In this document: in pieces, positions 29,501 through 38,187 of the stretch
Layout of the letters: the number at the start of each line of letters is the position of its first letter
Position numbering within the stretch: position 1 is the first letter of the stretch
Assembly (NCBI GenBank): GCA_040220235.1
Contig: JAVJTO010000063.1
Reading direction: 5' to 3' (one strand)
DNA: 64,000 nt
From: Coleofasciculus sp. B1-GNL1-01
GTDB lineage: Bacteria > Cyanobacteriota > Cyanobacteriia > Cyanobacteriales > Coleofasciculaceae
Translations under genes and position numbers: made by a program
The notes under the pieces: generated by a model
The model's input: only the letters and a program-made list of their open reading frames with translations
Database searches by the model: none
Told to the model about the DNA's origin: nothing

Positions 29501-29670
29501 TCAAAGCTAAGGTGTTAGCAGAAGGGTGTGACTGTGATCAGGGTTGTCCTCGCTGTTTGATGCAGCACAGTTGTCCTGAAAGTAATGCGGCGTTGAACAA
29601 GAGTTTGGGACTTTTATTATTGGAAATTATCAGTCAGATGGAGACGTTACCTCTAACGTCTGAAGGTTAG
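26509..29670 (+). CDS. DEAH-box helicase with DUF1998 (MrfA/Hrq1/SftH-like) and N-terminal TPR-like region
   Basis: TPTASGKT, VIDEAH, ATATIGNP, TSALEAGIDI, QRQGRAGR, FDTTPGGNG, CDCDQGCPRC. Confidence 0.92.
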   Translation: MADPNWETLKTFLHQLLLITLPSNEDVSVVHTFLAENSDKLNERFALVLQEWAIARLAELDDRHKPDLARRLRGISQFINQFPGGDRTDHLEIVRISYEIAAQVFTQADDPQDWAETNYYLGLIYLERNKGDRIRNLRQAIQRLEAALTVYTAAFPDQRAEIETHLECAYLEIRQHESIEPSHPILSSTPALSPSATPQVSEADIAAIQPPAFRAIAQSLLDAEKLTAVEITPASQEKAEPLPQNLPKVLHYALNTIGINSLWSHQYASLQALRQGGDILLSTPTASGKTLAFLLPILETCLINPHSTALFIFPLKALAVDQLRQIHDIIDLIPKFQRINVVMLTGDVPMAERIKLLEQSPQIVCITPDLLHHQLFKLFKPQWQSWQWFLRNLCYLVIDEAHTYRGSFGAHFANLMRRLRLAIDQSGGDSTQLQHIFATATIGNPGELAETFSGRRGNLSLIENSGAATAARTTLCLAPSKYANIDSCAIVLSWLEQGLKGIVFCNSRISLKSLLNQIQEHLEQRGQGYLKSQVRIFYGSLKSHHRRQIIQQLSAGEISIILATSALEAGIDIPELDCCLLRGYPGSLMQLRQRQGRAGRKSPGLVIFLPIAQNALDYFYGNNPDLLLRGEVESAVCNPDYQVFLKQHLLCGACESGIPLEKFYQYFGQSAADIAIQLMNQNQLSLSRHQHLWTKPYPHKDVQMRGTNHFTVTLVDQQTGEEFEELDEKHAQREVFPEAIYQHQSPWGDRVWYSCQSLDLENQQAILKPLAEDPQQLTRAEQETEIELKSYLAEPKILPTRIPEGRIRLILGWGEITDYVNGYTLYSLEYDKTCQNFQCRRYHTPVKEAQCPDCRRRTRFAEIQKRIKTVNFEQPYLTRLEAPVLQIEVNQPIQDYLTQQVKGIKQKLIQQYGKNIPSDYTCLWSCPPERIALHSITHQINLAVPLLILSETQEVNSLIVNKPNRQHTLPTIGYWFDTTPGGNGVSEAIFHRFWDFAFKAKVLAEGCDCDQGCPRCLMQHSCPESNAALNKSLGLLLLEIISQMETLPLTSEG

Positions 29671-29731
29671 GATAAAAAGGCAGAAGATTGTACATTAGAC
29701 TGCAACTTGATATAAAACAACGGATGAGGGG

Positions 29732-31018
29732 ATGGCAAAATTAGGGTATCGACCTGTCGCCATTGATTTATTTGCAGGTGTTGGTGGGTTTTCCTTGGGA
29801 ATCGAACAGGCGGGGTTTGATGTGGCGATCGCCGTGGAAAAAGACCCGATTCACGCGGCTGTCTATAAGTTTAACTTTCCCCAGACTCATGTCTTGTGCG
29901 CTGATGTGACTGAGTTGACGGGAACCCATATCCAGAAAGCCTTGCAGGATTGGTGCGATCGCCGAAAACGTCCGGTTCGGGTGAGCGATCGCGACAGGAT
30001 GGACATAGACTTAGTATTTGGTGGACCCCCTTGTCAGGGATTCTCTGTCATGGGGAAACGTCAGGTTTGTGACAAACGTAACCTTTTAGTCTTTGAGTTC
30101 TGTCGCTTGGTCAAAGAACTCCAGCCTCGTTATTTTCTCATGGAGAATGTTCCGGGTTTAGGGTGGAAAAAATACCAAGACTTATTGAATCGGTTGCAAT
30201 GGGAGTTTAACGCCGCCGGATATGAGATAACTCAACCCATCCAAGTCCTCAACGCGGTTAATTTCGGTGTCCCGCAGCAGCGACAACGGTTATTTGTGTT
30301 GGGAAATCAGGTGGGCGTTAAACCTTTAACCTATCCTCAACCTCAATTGCAATCACCCTCCGAATTTTGTACTGTTCAAGATGCGATCGCGGATTTACCG
30401 AATTTAGATGATTTTACTGAACTCCAGACCTTAGACTGGGTAGAACTGACACTCCCCCAGTTACAATTACTCCAGGCATTAGCGATGCCTTACGTAGAAA
30501 AACTACGAAATATCATCACCGATCCCTTTAATTTCGCCCATCCCCGCCAATGGAATCCGTTCCTCTTAACCAGTTCTAAGCGAACCCGACATAATCCAGC
30601 CTCTATTGAACGGTTTAATCAAACACCACCGGGTCAATTGGAAGCCATTAGTCGCCTACAACGCCTAGACTGGGACAAACCCTGCTACACTCTACGAGCA
30701 GGTACTGGATATGATCGGGGTAGCTATACCTCCCCCCGTCCCATTCATCCTAACTATCCACGGGTAATTTCAGTCCGAGAAGCCGCACGTTTACATTCAT
30801 TTCCGGACTGGTTTCGCTTTCATGTTACGAAATGGCACGGATTTCGACAGGTAGGGAATGCTGTACCGCCACGACTCGGACGAGTCTTAGGTCATCAAAT
30901 CATCGCCGCCTTGGGAGTTGAACCCTCGCCGCCAACCCTTACCCTCACCCTAAGAGACTCGCACCTATTAGAATTAGGTCAGGTCAAAGCATTTAAGTAT
31001 TGGCAACAAAAGGTATAA
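29732..31018 (+). CDS. C5 cytosine DNA methyltransferase
   Basis: DLFAGVGG, GGPPCQGFS, MENV, PQQRQR, GNAVPP. Confidence 0.95.
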   Translation: MAKLGYRPVAIDLFAGVGGFSLGIEQAGFDVAIAVEKDPIHAAVYKFNFPQTHVLCADVTELTGTHIQKALQDWCDRRKRPVRVSDRDRMDIDLVFGGPPCQGFSVMGKRQVCDKRNLLVFEFCRLVKELQPRYFLMENVPGLGWKKYQDLLNRLQWEFNAAGYEITQPIQVLNAVNFGVPQQRQRLFVLGNQVGVKPLTYPQPQLQSPSEFCTVQDAIADLPNLDDFTELQTLDWVELTLPQLQLLQALAMPYVEKLRNIITDPFNFAHPRQWNPFLLTSSKRTRHNPASIERFNQTPPGQLEAISRLQRLDWDKPCYTLRAGTGYDRGSYTSPRPIHPNYPRVISVREAARLHSFPDWFRFHVTKWHGFRQVGNAVPPRLGRVLGHQIIAALGVEPSPPTLTLTLRDSHLLELGQVKAFKYWQQKV

Positions 31019-31128
31019 GTAGGTGGGGGCAATTAAAGTTAACGGTGGAGATCGTCATTTGTCATTTGTCATTTGTCCTTTGTAAGGGTTTTAGGTCATA
31101 TTGATTGATACAGCGCTTTTGGTAGTAA

Positions 31129-31216
31129 GTGAGGTACACAGACAGATCCCCGACTTCTTGAAGAAGTCGGGGATCTTGCTTAGAGACTGTACCTCATCAA
31201 CCTGAAATCTGCTGTA
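31129..31216. repeat. MITE-like repeat TACAGC..GAGGTACA / TGTACCTC..GCTGTA with inner palindrome GATCCCCGACTTCTTGAAGAAGTCGGGGATC
   Basis: Nested inverted repeats seen directly. Confidence 0.65.
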
Positions 31217-31438
31217 AGTTGCATAGTCATTCCCAGCATTTTGTGATTTAGATCACTTAAAGAAGACAAACTTATCATAATCCTTCCTCAGGAAGCATCA
31301 CTTGGCGAATAAATACTTATCACAATTTTGGTTAAGTCATAATCACTGACAATCTGCTGATTTGATCACGTTAAAAAATCGATAAGTTCTTTAATATATT
31401 TTATACAAGGAGAGATACACCACGTTGCCAAAGACCCA

Positions 31439-31642
31439 ATGAAATCTGCTCAAGTTTGCTTTCCCAAATTTCCCGTCCAGCAAATTGCCCATCGCATTAT
31501 TGATATGCGTCAAATTAGCTGGATTGATCAACAACTGTTTATGTCAGCCCTTTTATCGAAACAATCACTCTCAATGGAAGAGGAACACTTAGTTGAACGG
31601 ATTTATGAAGGTTTACATCGGGGATGGATTCGAGTCGTTTAA
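31439..31642 (+). CDS. Small conserved cyanobacterial hypothetical protein
   Basis: ISWIDQQLFMSALLSKQSLSMEEEHLVERIYEGLHRGWIRVV pattern. Confidence 0.6.
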   Translation: MKSAQVCFPKFPVQQIAHRIIDMRQISWIDQQLFMSALLSKQSLSMEEEHLVERIYEGLHRGWIRVV

Positions 31643-31770
31643 TAGAATGAATTAGGGCTTATGAATTATTTAGACTTAGCTTACTTCTCGAAGAGCGATG
31701 ATGACGAATGACGTAGCTTGCTTCTCGCGAAGCGAGTTCTTCACCGTTCACGTTAATTCTGTCCACCTAC

Positions 31771-32550
31771 TTAGATTCGACCACTACCAATTTTTGGTAG
31801 AACTTCCTTTGCCCATAATTCATCAGAAATTTTAATTTGCTTGTCTTCAGGAACTCTTTGATTATATTGCTCTAATAACGCTGTAATAAGTTGAATATAC
31901 TCTTTCAGTAAATCCCGAATTTCTTGTCTGGCTAATAAATTATAAGAATTCGATGTATTATTTTTTGCACTGAATTGCCGAATTACAGGCGCATTGAAGA
32001 CAATCCACAGAAATGGAGAATTAATAACTTCTTCCATCAATTCAATGAGTTCAGGTTGTAAAAATAAACAGTATTTTTCCATAGTGCGGTTTAAGGAATC
32101 CTTAAACTGCGAGCATTCACGTAATAGATAATCTGACCAATCCGCTTCAATTGCGCCCAAGACAGGGGCTGGTTTTGAAAAATCGAGAAACGCTAATTCT
32201 TCAAAAAATGTATGATCAAATAAGTCAACGACTGTTTGATAATTTTTATCGGGTTTTTCGGCAATAGCCGCCTTAAACATATTAAAAAATAAATAAAAGT
32301 GACGCCGAAGCGGTCTCCTTAGTTGCAGGAATGCCACACCTTCTAGTTTTCTGCGTTGATTTTCTTGATCGATCGCAATGACCCGATCAATCGAAAAGAC
32401 GACAATTAGAATGCCAGTAATTTCTGAGGCAATATCTAAAGAAAAGGATTTGAGCCAAGGATATTGACCCGAACTTAGGAAATAAACGAAAAAGCAGCAG
32501 CCCAATAAGATAGGAAGTACAACATAAGGAGTTTTAAAAGATTTTCTCAT
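31771..32550 (-). CDS. Hypothetical membrane-anchored protein
   Basis: Two N-terminal hydrophobic helices; AT-rich. Confidence 0.75.
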   Translation of the reverse strand: MRKSFKTPYVVLPILLGCCFFVYFLSSGQYPWLKSFSLDIASEITGILIVVFSIDRVIAIDQENQRRKLEGVAFLQLRRPLRRHFYLFFNMFKAAIAEKPDKNYQTVVDLFDHTFFEELAFLDFSKPAPVLGAIEADWSDYLLRECSQFKDSLNRTMEKYCLFLQPELIELMEEVINSPFLWIVFNAPVIRQFSAKNNTSNSYNLLARQEIRDLLKEYIQLITALLEQYNQRVPEDKQIKISDELWAKEVLPKIGSGRI

Positions 32551-32604
32551 CTTATCGCCTGCTACTTTGCTTGAGCGTCCGGGTTATTGAGAAAAGATCA
32601 TCTT

Positions 32605-32949
32605 CTATTGCAAGAAACCCTCTGCTGCTAATAATCCTACAGAAAAGAGTACCGTAGCCATTAGCGAAAAAACCATCATCATGCCAGAAGGCATAAAGCT
32701 GCGGGTGCGGAAAAGGCGAATAATAAAAACGATAAATAACACTAGAGAAATTAAGGTGGCGAGTCCGAGTCCCATAATGGGGATAATCCGACAAAGCCAC
32801 CAAGCCACCAAAAGTCCCAGACCACTACTGATACCCGAAATTAGGGATTTTTGGCTTTTGGCTTTGACATACCCGATTACGCCACCCACCAAAACGAGTA
32901 AAGCGTAGATTAAAACAAATCCGGTAATAATTGGCAATAAGTTGTTCAT
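32605..32949 (-). CDS. TMEM14 family membrane protein
   Basis: YALLVLVGGVIGYVKAKSQKSLISG..FMPSG. Confidence 0.9.
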   Translation of the reverse strand: MNNLLPIITGFVLIYALLVLVGGVIGYVKAKSQKSLISGISSGLGLLVAWWLCRIIPIMGLGLATLISLVLFIVFIIRLFRTRSFMPSGMMMVFSLMATVLFSVGLLAAEGFLQ

Positions 32950-33230
32950 GTTAGGAAAATTTGGCTGGATTTAAAGATTAGCCATACAGTAATGCATCGT
33001 ATTGATTATACTCGCTTTGCCGCTACCTGAGATGTAAAGGCTCCAAGGCTGCACTTGTTTCTGGTATCTGCTTTTTCGTCTAGGGTTAACTGGCGAGTTA
33101 CTTCCGCTGCGCTATGCTAATAAATCACCCAAAAACGACTGCCCTTTACGGCAGCCCAATCCCCCGCCTCCCGTCTTCATAGACGGGGGAATAGCTTTTC
33201 CATGACTTTTAGGCTTTTACAGGAATTGGT

Positions 33231-33599
33231 TTAGAAGGAAGAACCGTTGGAGTGGTCGTTGTAATGGGATTTCCCATGCCAATTCATCGTGTCAGTCATG
33301 TTGTCTTCGAGTTCCATGCGTTGTTCCATGCGACGTAGAAAATAGCCCGTCATCATCGCCGAAGCCAACAATCCAGCTAAGTTTTCGCGATCTGTGGTAA
33401 CTTGTACATTAAAACTCTCAGATGGAAGCATGCCCACCAGTCCTTGGACATTCTGGGAAATGATTTGCTGAATTTCCGGGCTGGCAGATTTGGCAACCTG
33501 GGACAGCACATCGGGGGATTGGTGTTGGAGATAGTTCAGGAGTTGGTTGGTTGCGTCATCTTCAGGGGGAGAATTGAGGAAGTCAGAGTTAAATACCAT
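33231..33599 (-). CDS. DUF760 domain protein
   Basis: NLAGLLASAMMTGYFLRRMEQRMELE. Confidence 0.92.
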   Translation of the reverse strand: MVFNSDFLNSPPEDDATNQLLNYLQHQSPDVLSQVAKSASPEIQQIISQNVQGLVGMLPSESFNVQVTTDRENLAGLLASAMMTGYFLRRMEQRMELEDNMTDTMNWHGKSHYNDHSNGSSF

Positions 33600-33748
33600 T
33601 AGAAATTAAAAGATGTGACTTACTTGTTTCTACTCTAAACGATTGTACTAGCTACCGACTTGGTGCTTTGGTTCAACAGTCCTAGTTCTTAAGGAAGAAA
33701 TTCAGGATTGTCCTTGTGGCTGAAGGATAAGCTCAAATGAAGTGGTGC

Positions 33749-34240
33749 TTAGGATTGAGAGGATGTCCGTAGGGACGGTAGGAGGTTATCGAGTTCAAAG
33801 TGTTGATGAAATTTATTGGTGACTTGCAACCAGTAGGAACGACCATCAGTTTGTCGGCGTCTGCTGACAAATCCGAGGGAGATGAGTTCTTGAACATGCT
33901 GATAGGCACCACTACCGCGTAAGTCGATCAGTTCAGTTTGAGCAATAGGTTGTTTGATTGCGATCGCTGCTAAGGTTCTCAATGCTCCTACACCTAATTC
34001 AGCAGGCACTAGACTTTGCATTAACGTAGCAAATGAAGCCCGTAACTGCAAGCTATAGCCCTTTGGCGTCTCGACGACTTCTAGGGCGCTGTCTCGATAG
34101 GCATAGTCTGACATCAGTTCAATTAAAGCATCTTCTACCGCCGAGCGATCGCATCTGGCGCACTCAGCAATTTCCGTCAGGGACAAGGGTTTGCCCTTTA
34201 AGTATAGAATCGCTTCAATTTGGGTCGCTAGACGAGGCAT
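33749..34240 (-). CDS. scpB: SMC-Scp complex subunit ScpB
   Basis: IEAILYLKGKPLS, ALRTLAAIAIKQPI, LRGS. Confidence 0.92.
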   Translation of the reverse strand: MPRLATQIEAILYLKGKPLSLTEIAECARCDRSAVEDALIELMSDYAYRDSALEVVETPKGYSLQLRASFATLMQSLVPAELGVGALRTLAAIAIKQPIAQTELIDLRGSGAYQHVQELISLGFVSRRRQTDGRSYWLQVTNKFHQHFELDNLLPSLRTSSQS

Positions 34241-34403
34241 TGGGGATTGGGGACGTTTTGAGTGTTGAATGTGTAGGGGCGGGTTTAGGGAGTTCGCTCA
34301 AGCTGTTGACGATAACTTGGGTTCAAAACCCGCCCTTACCGAGTGTTGAGTGATGAGGGATTAAGGATTGGGGATTAGGGATTGGCAAGTACCGAAATGC
34401 TCA

Positions 34404-35279
34404 TCAATCGAGTTGTCGTCCCGTCAGTTCCACAAAGATATCTTCTAAATTTGAGGGACGAACCATCATACCCGTTTTATCCGGTAAGCTGTCAAGGTAG
34501 GCATTGGCATCATCTAGAGTGGGAAAGAACTTATACTCGAAGCGATCGCCAATTTGTTTCATCAGTAACCCTTCACCATGGTTAGCTTTCAGTTGTTGCA
34601 GGGTTCCCAGCTCAATTAGCTTACCACAGTCCATAATCCCGATGCGTCCTGGCTGACTTGCCCCATACGCATCACACAATACCTCCACCTCGTCCATATA
34701 ATGCGTCGTCAGCAGCATAGTCATCCCTTGGCGGTTTAAATCGCGAATAATCTCCCACAGGCGGCGACGGGTTTGGGGATCAAGTCCCACCGTGGGTTCA
34801 TCTAAAAATAGAATTTTGGGTTGGTGCAGTAGCGCCCTAGCAATTTGCAGGCGACGCTTCATCCCACCGGATAGGGTTTTGACGGGCGAATCCCGCCTTT
34901 GGGCTAATTCTACGTACTCCAACCACTGGTTAATCAGGGTTTGCCGTCGGGGATTGGCAATGTGGTGCAAACGTCCGTGGAGTTCCATATTCTCCCAAAC
35001 GGTCAGGTCGTTATCAACACTGGTTTGTTGCAACACGACACCAATATTTTGCTTAACTTCAGCCGGTTGGCGCACCACATTGTAACCTGCAATCTCAATT
35101 TGCCCTTCGGTGGGTCGGGTTAAGGTGGTTAACATGCGAATTGTCGTCGATTTCCCCGCACCGTTGGGACCGAGTAGACCAAATATCTCTCCCGATTCGA
35201 TAGTGAAGGAGAGGTCATTAACCACAGGAATTTTATCGTAGGTTTTTTGAACGTGTTGGACACAAACAGCAGAGGGCAT
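34404..35279 (-). CDS. ABC-2 transporter ATP-binding protein (DrrA/NodI-like)
   Basis: GPNGAGKST, LSGGMKRR, LFLDEPT, TTHYMDE. Confidence 0.93.
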   Translation of the reverse strand: MPSAVCVQHVQKTYDKIPVVNDLSFTIESGEIFGLLGPNGAGKSTTIRMLTTLTRPTEGQIEIAGYNVVRQPAEVKQNIGVVLQQTSVDNDLTVWENMELHGRLHHIANPRRQTLINQWLEYVELAQRRDSPVKTLSGGMKRRLQIARALLHQPKILFLDEPTVGLDPQTRRRLWEIIRDLNRQGMTMLLTTHYMDEVEVLCDAYGASQPGRIGIMDCGKLIELGTLQQLKANHGEGLLMKQIGDRFEYKFFPTLDDANAYLDSLPDKTGMMVRPSNLEDIFVELTGRQLD

Positions 35280-35660
35280 TCGGTCTGACTCATAGTAGGA
35301 CAACTTTACATTTCATCATATCTTCGTCCCACACAATATCGTAATCAATGCCGAAGTAGTTATGGATTAAGCGGTCACGCATTCCCGCGATCGCACGCCA
35401 TTCAATTGTTGTTGATGTTCATGCAAGAGAGAGAATGCGTGAGATTTGGTTTTTACAGGCATAGTTTACTTAAACAAACCGAGCTGGTCTGATGTTGAGT
35501 CTATCACAGCGCTACGGTGGCAGGATTGGGTTCATACCTTAACCTTGCTGGCGTCGAGATAAGGTGGCATATTTAATAACTTTGAAGTTTCCGAGTTATC
35601 CTTGATTAAATTTGGCAGTAAACAATAACTTATACTCAAATACACCGATTACACGTACAC

Positions 35661-36410
35661 TTAGAGGATTTGGTGAATAGTCTCAATAACCTGCTCAACA
35701 AAATTAACTGCATCGCTGACGAGAATTTCATCAATGTACCAGCGGCTTCCGATATTATATGTAGGATCTATATCAGCTTCATGAGCAATTTTGTTTCTAC
35801 GATCAACTATCGCACTCAGTTGTTGTTTAACATCTTTGGCGGATCTGCCAAACTTCTGAGCAACCTCTTCCCACAATTTTTTATCTGAAATTAGTCGAAT
35901 GGCATCGGCTATTTTTTCAGGTTGCTGAAAGCTTTGATAGCTAAGACGTTCTCGAACTTTATCTTCTAGCCAAGAGGCATTATTCAGTCTGTTCAAAATG
36001 CCACTTGATATAACTGGGAGCAAAGCCGAAACTGTGTGAGATTGCTGCAAAAATGAGGAACCTTGACTTTGTTGAATTTCATTCTCTAACCAGGATGCAA
36101 TATCCATCGCTATCAATCGTTCTTGTCGTGCGCCACCTAGGGAAACTTGAAAACGAGAAAATGCAGATTGAGAACTGTTGCGTGGAGGATTAGGTTCGGA
36201 ACGCTGACCCCTGTGAATTTCTAGCATTCCTAGAGTTACAACTTCATGGATATAGTAATCCAAGGCGCTCACAGCTAGAACTAGAGCAGCTCTCAAAATA
36301 TCTGACAAATCTAGAGCGGTAGTAGATTGAGCCTTGACAGAGTTGTGAAGAGAAATCAGCTCTCGAACACGAACAATGCTGATTCGGAATTGATCAAGCG
36401 CTGACTGCAT
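35661..36410 (-). CDS. HEPN-domain protein (putative RNase)
   Basis: N-terminal AVSALDYYIHE helix; RxxxxH motif RNKIAH. Confidence 0.85.
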   Translation of the reverse strand: MQSALDQFRISIVRVRELISLHNSVKAQSTTALDLSDILRAALVLAVSALDYYIHEVVTLGMLEIHRGQRSEPNPPRNSSQSAFSRFQVSLGGARQERLIAMDIASWLENEIQQSQGSSFLQQSHTVSALLPVISSGILNRLNNASWLEDKVRERLSYQSFQQPEKIADAIRLISDKKLWEEVAQKFGRSAKDVKQQLSAIVDRRNKIAHEADIDPTYNIGSRWYIDEILVSDAVNFVEQVIETIHQIL

Positions 36411-37467
36411 AGGAAGGAGAAGTGAGTCCTATAATCTTATCGGCTAAATCCGAAAATGTGCTTTCAAATTGTTCTTGCTTATCTTGAGCTTTTTCTATAA
36501 CATTGCCCTGCCATTTAGCAGAACGTAATTGCTCAGGTGTCAAGGCATAGACGGGTACTTGATACTCCTGTGACAGAGCGATTAACCTATTAAAGTCGGG
36601 AATTTTCGTAAGAGTGTAACTTTGATCAATACCATTCTCCCTATAAAGTTGATCGGGAAGCATCATGTTATTTTGCCTCAGAACGGGAATCAGTTTTTTA
36701 GGAATATCCTGTTCAATTCTTCGCATCCATGTTTCAAGAGCAGCAGTTTCATGGCCGCGAATAATCCGAAAGTTTTGGACAATAATACCTAAAAAGCGTA
36801 GTGTAATATCAGGAAATGGATAGGATGCTGCTTTCAATACAGGAAGCGAACTAGCCTGTTTCGCCCAGGCATACCATTTAGGTAAAATTTTAGCTAATGA
36901 ATCAATTGCCATTACAGAAAATAAATCGGCAGTAGTCGGTACTATAAAAAAGTCACTGGTCATTAGTAAATTTTGATTGATTGCTCCTAAGCTGGGAGTC
37001 ATATCAATCAAAATGTAATCTGCACTAAACTTTTTAGCCGTTTTATCTAATAAATCTGTGATAGAGCCGGGTAAGTTTTTGAGACCCTGAATTGAGCTAC
37101 CTAACTCTTGAGCAATTCCCAACGTGGCTTCATATTCTGCAAAACCAACATGACCAGGCAATAAAAACAGTCGTTCTTGTCCCTCAATGGGAATGCAATC
37201 TACTGCCTCAATAGCCCTGGGCTGTGACTCAAATGCTGGTGCTAGCCCTGTTCTAATATTTGAATCTGTACTGTAAATCGCCTCAATTCTTTCCTCGCCG
37301 CTCTCTGTTCCTTGCCCTAAAGCCATACCCGTTAAATTACACTGGGGGTCAGTATCTACAAGAATTACTGTTTTTCCCTTTGAGGCAAGCATCCAACCAA
37401 GATTAAATGTGGTTGTAGTTTTGCTAACTCCGCCTTTGTGATTAAAGAGGGCAATTTTTTGAACCAT
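36394..37467 (-). CDS. ParA/Soj-family ATPase
   Basis: Deviant Walker A KGGVSKTT, VDTDPQCNLT, ILIDMTPSLG; overlaps the HEPN gene by 17 bp. Confidence 0.92.
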   Translation of the reverse strand: MVQKIALFNHKGGVSKTTTTFNLGWMLASKGKTVILVDTDPQCNLTGMALGQGTESGEERIEAIYSTDSNIRTGLAPAFESQPRAIEAVDCIPIEGQERLFLLPGHVGFAEYEATLGIAQELGSSIQGLKNLPGSITDLLDKTAKKFSADYILIDMTPSLGAINQNLLMTSDFFIVPTTADLFSVMAIDSLAKILPKWYAWAKQASSLPVLKAASYPFPDITLRFLGIIVQNFRIIRGHETAALETWMRRIEQDIPKKLIPVLRQNNMMLPDQLYRENGIDQSYTLTKIPDFNRLIALSQEYQVPVYALTPEQLRSAKWQGNVIEKAQDKQEQFESTFSDLADKIIGLTSPSYAVSA

Positions 37468-37819
37468 TGCACTTACCGCCTCTTAGTTGTTCAACTTTAT
37501 GTTTTAGTATAACTTGATTCTGACTCTTCCGGACTTACTCTGCAAAATGGTTAGTTTCAAGAACTCCCATGCTAGCTCTAAGCTGTTCGGCATTTAAACC
37601 TTAATGTCTAATAATGGCGAAAGCCTTGTAGTGCGTTTAGCGAAGCCATGCCGCAGGCTTTGCATCTTGCTCGCTACTAATACCCAATTTAAATGCATGA
37701 CAGCTTACCTAGGTTTTATACCCCAATAGTCACCTGAGCAGCACAGAATTGAAATACAAAGCCTTGCTAAAATGGAATTACAGCAGTTTGCTCGGCTATG
37801 CTGTACATTGTCGATCCCC

Positions 37820-38110
37820 CTAAATCCCCCATGAAACAAAAAGCGAAGCATCCTTGGTAGGAATGGGTAATTGTTCAGCTTCAAATTTACTGTAAAATCT
37901 ATAAGCAGGAGGACAAACAGAACCGTATCGCCATGCTTGGATTTCTTCATCAAACAATGGCTCATCGTACAAGGCTAAATGTAGACTTTGTACATAATAC
38001 AGAAGCTTTTGAACCTTCATATTGGTCATTTCAGCTTCTATACCGTCCTCGTATGCTCTGACAATGAAGTAGCGAGCTGCATTGAAACATAACTCAACTA
38101 ACGATACCAC
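37820..38110 (-). pseudogene. Truncated Panacea (DUF4065/SocA-like) antitoxin
   Basis: MTNMKVQKLLYY..LFDEEIQAWRYGSV; the C-terminal half is absent. Confidence 0.75.
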
Positions 38111-38187
38111 AAGCGTTTCAAGTTGTATAAATTTTACCTACCCTACATCCAATCGGCTGATTGAGGATGATGCAGGATTTGAATCGC

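Noticed and set aside
26509..31018. Complete DISARM system
   Set aside because: No separate drmA/drmB, PLD nuclease drmC, or drmD/E; helicase and DUF1998 are in one MrfA-like chain.
36394..37467. Plasmid/chromosome partition locus
   Set aside because: No parB or parS-like array adjacent; the partner is a HEPN protein.
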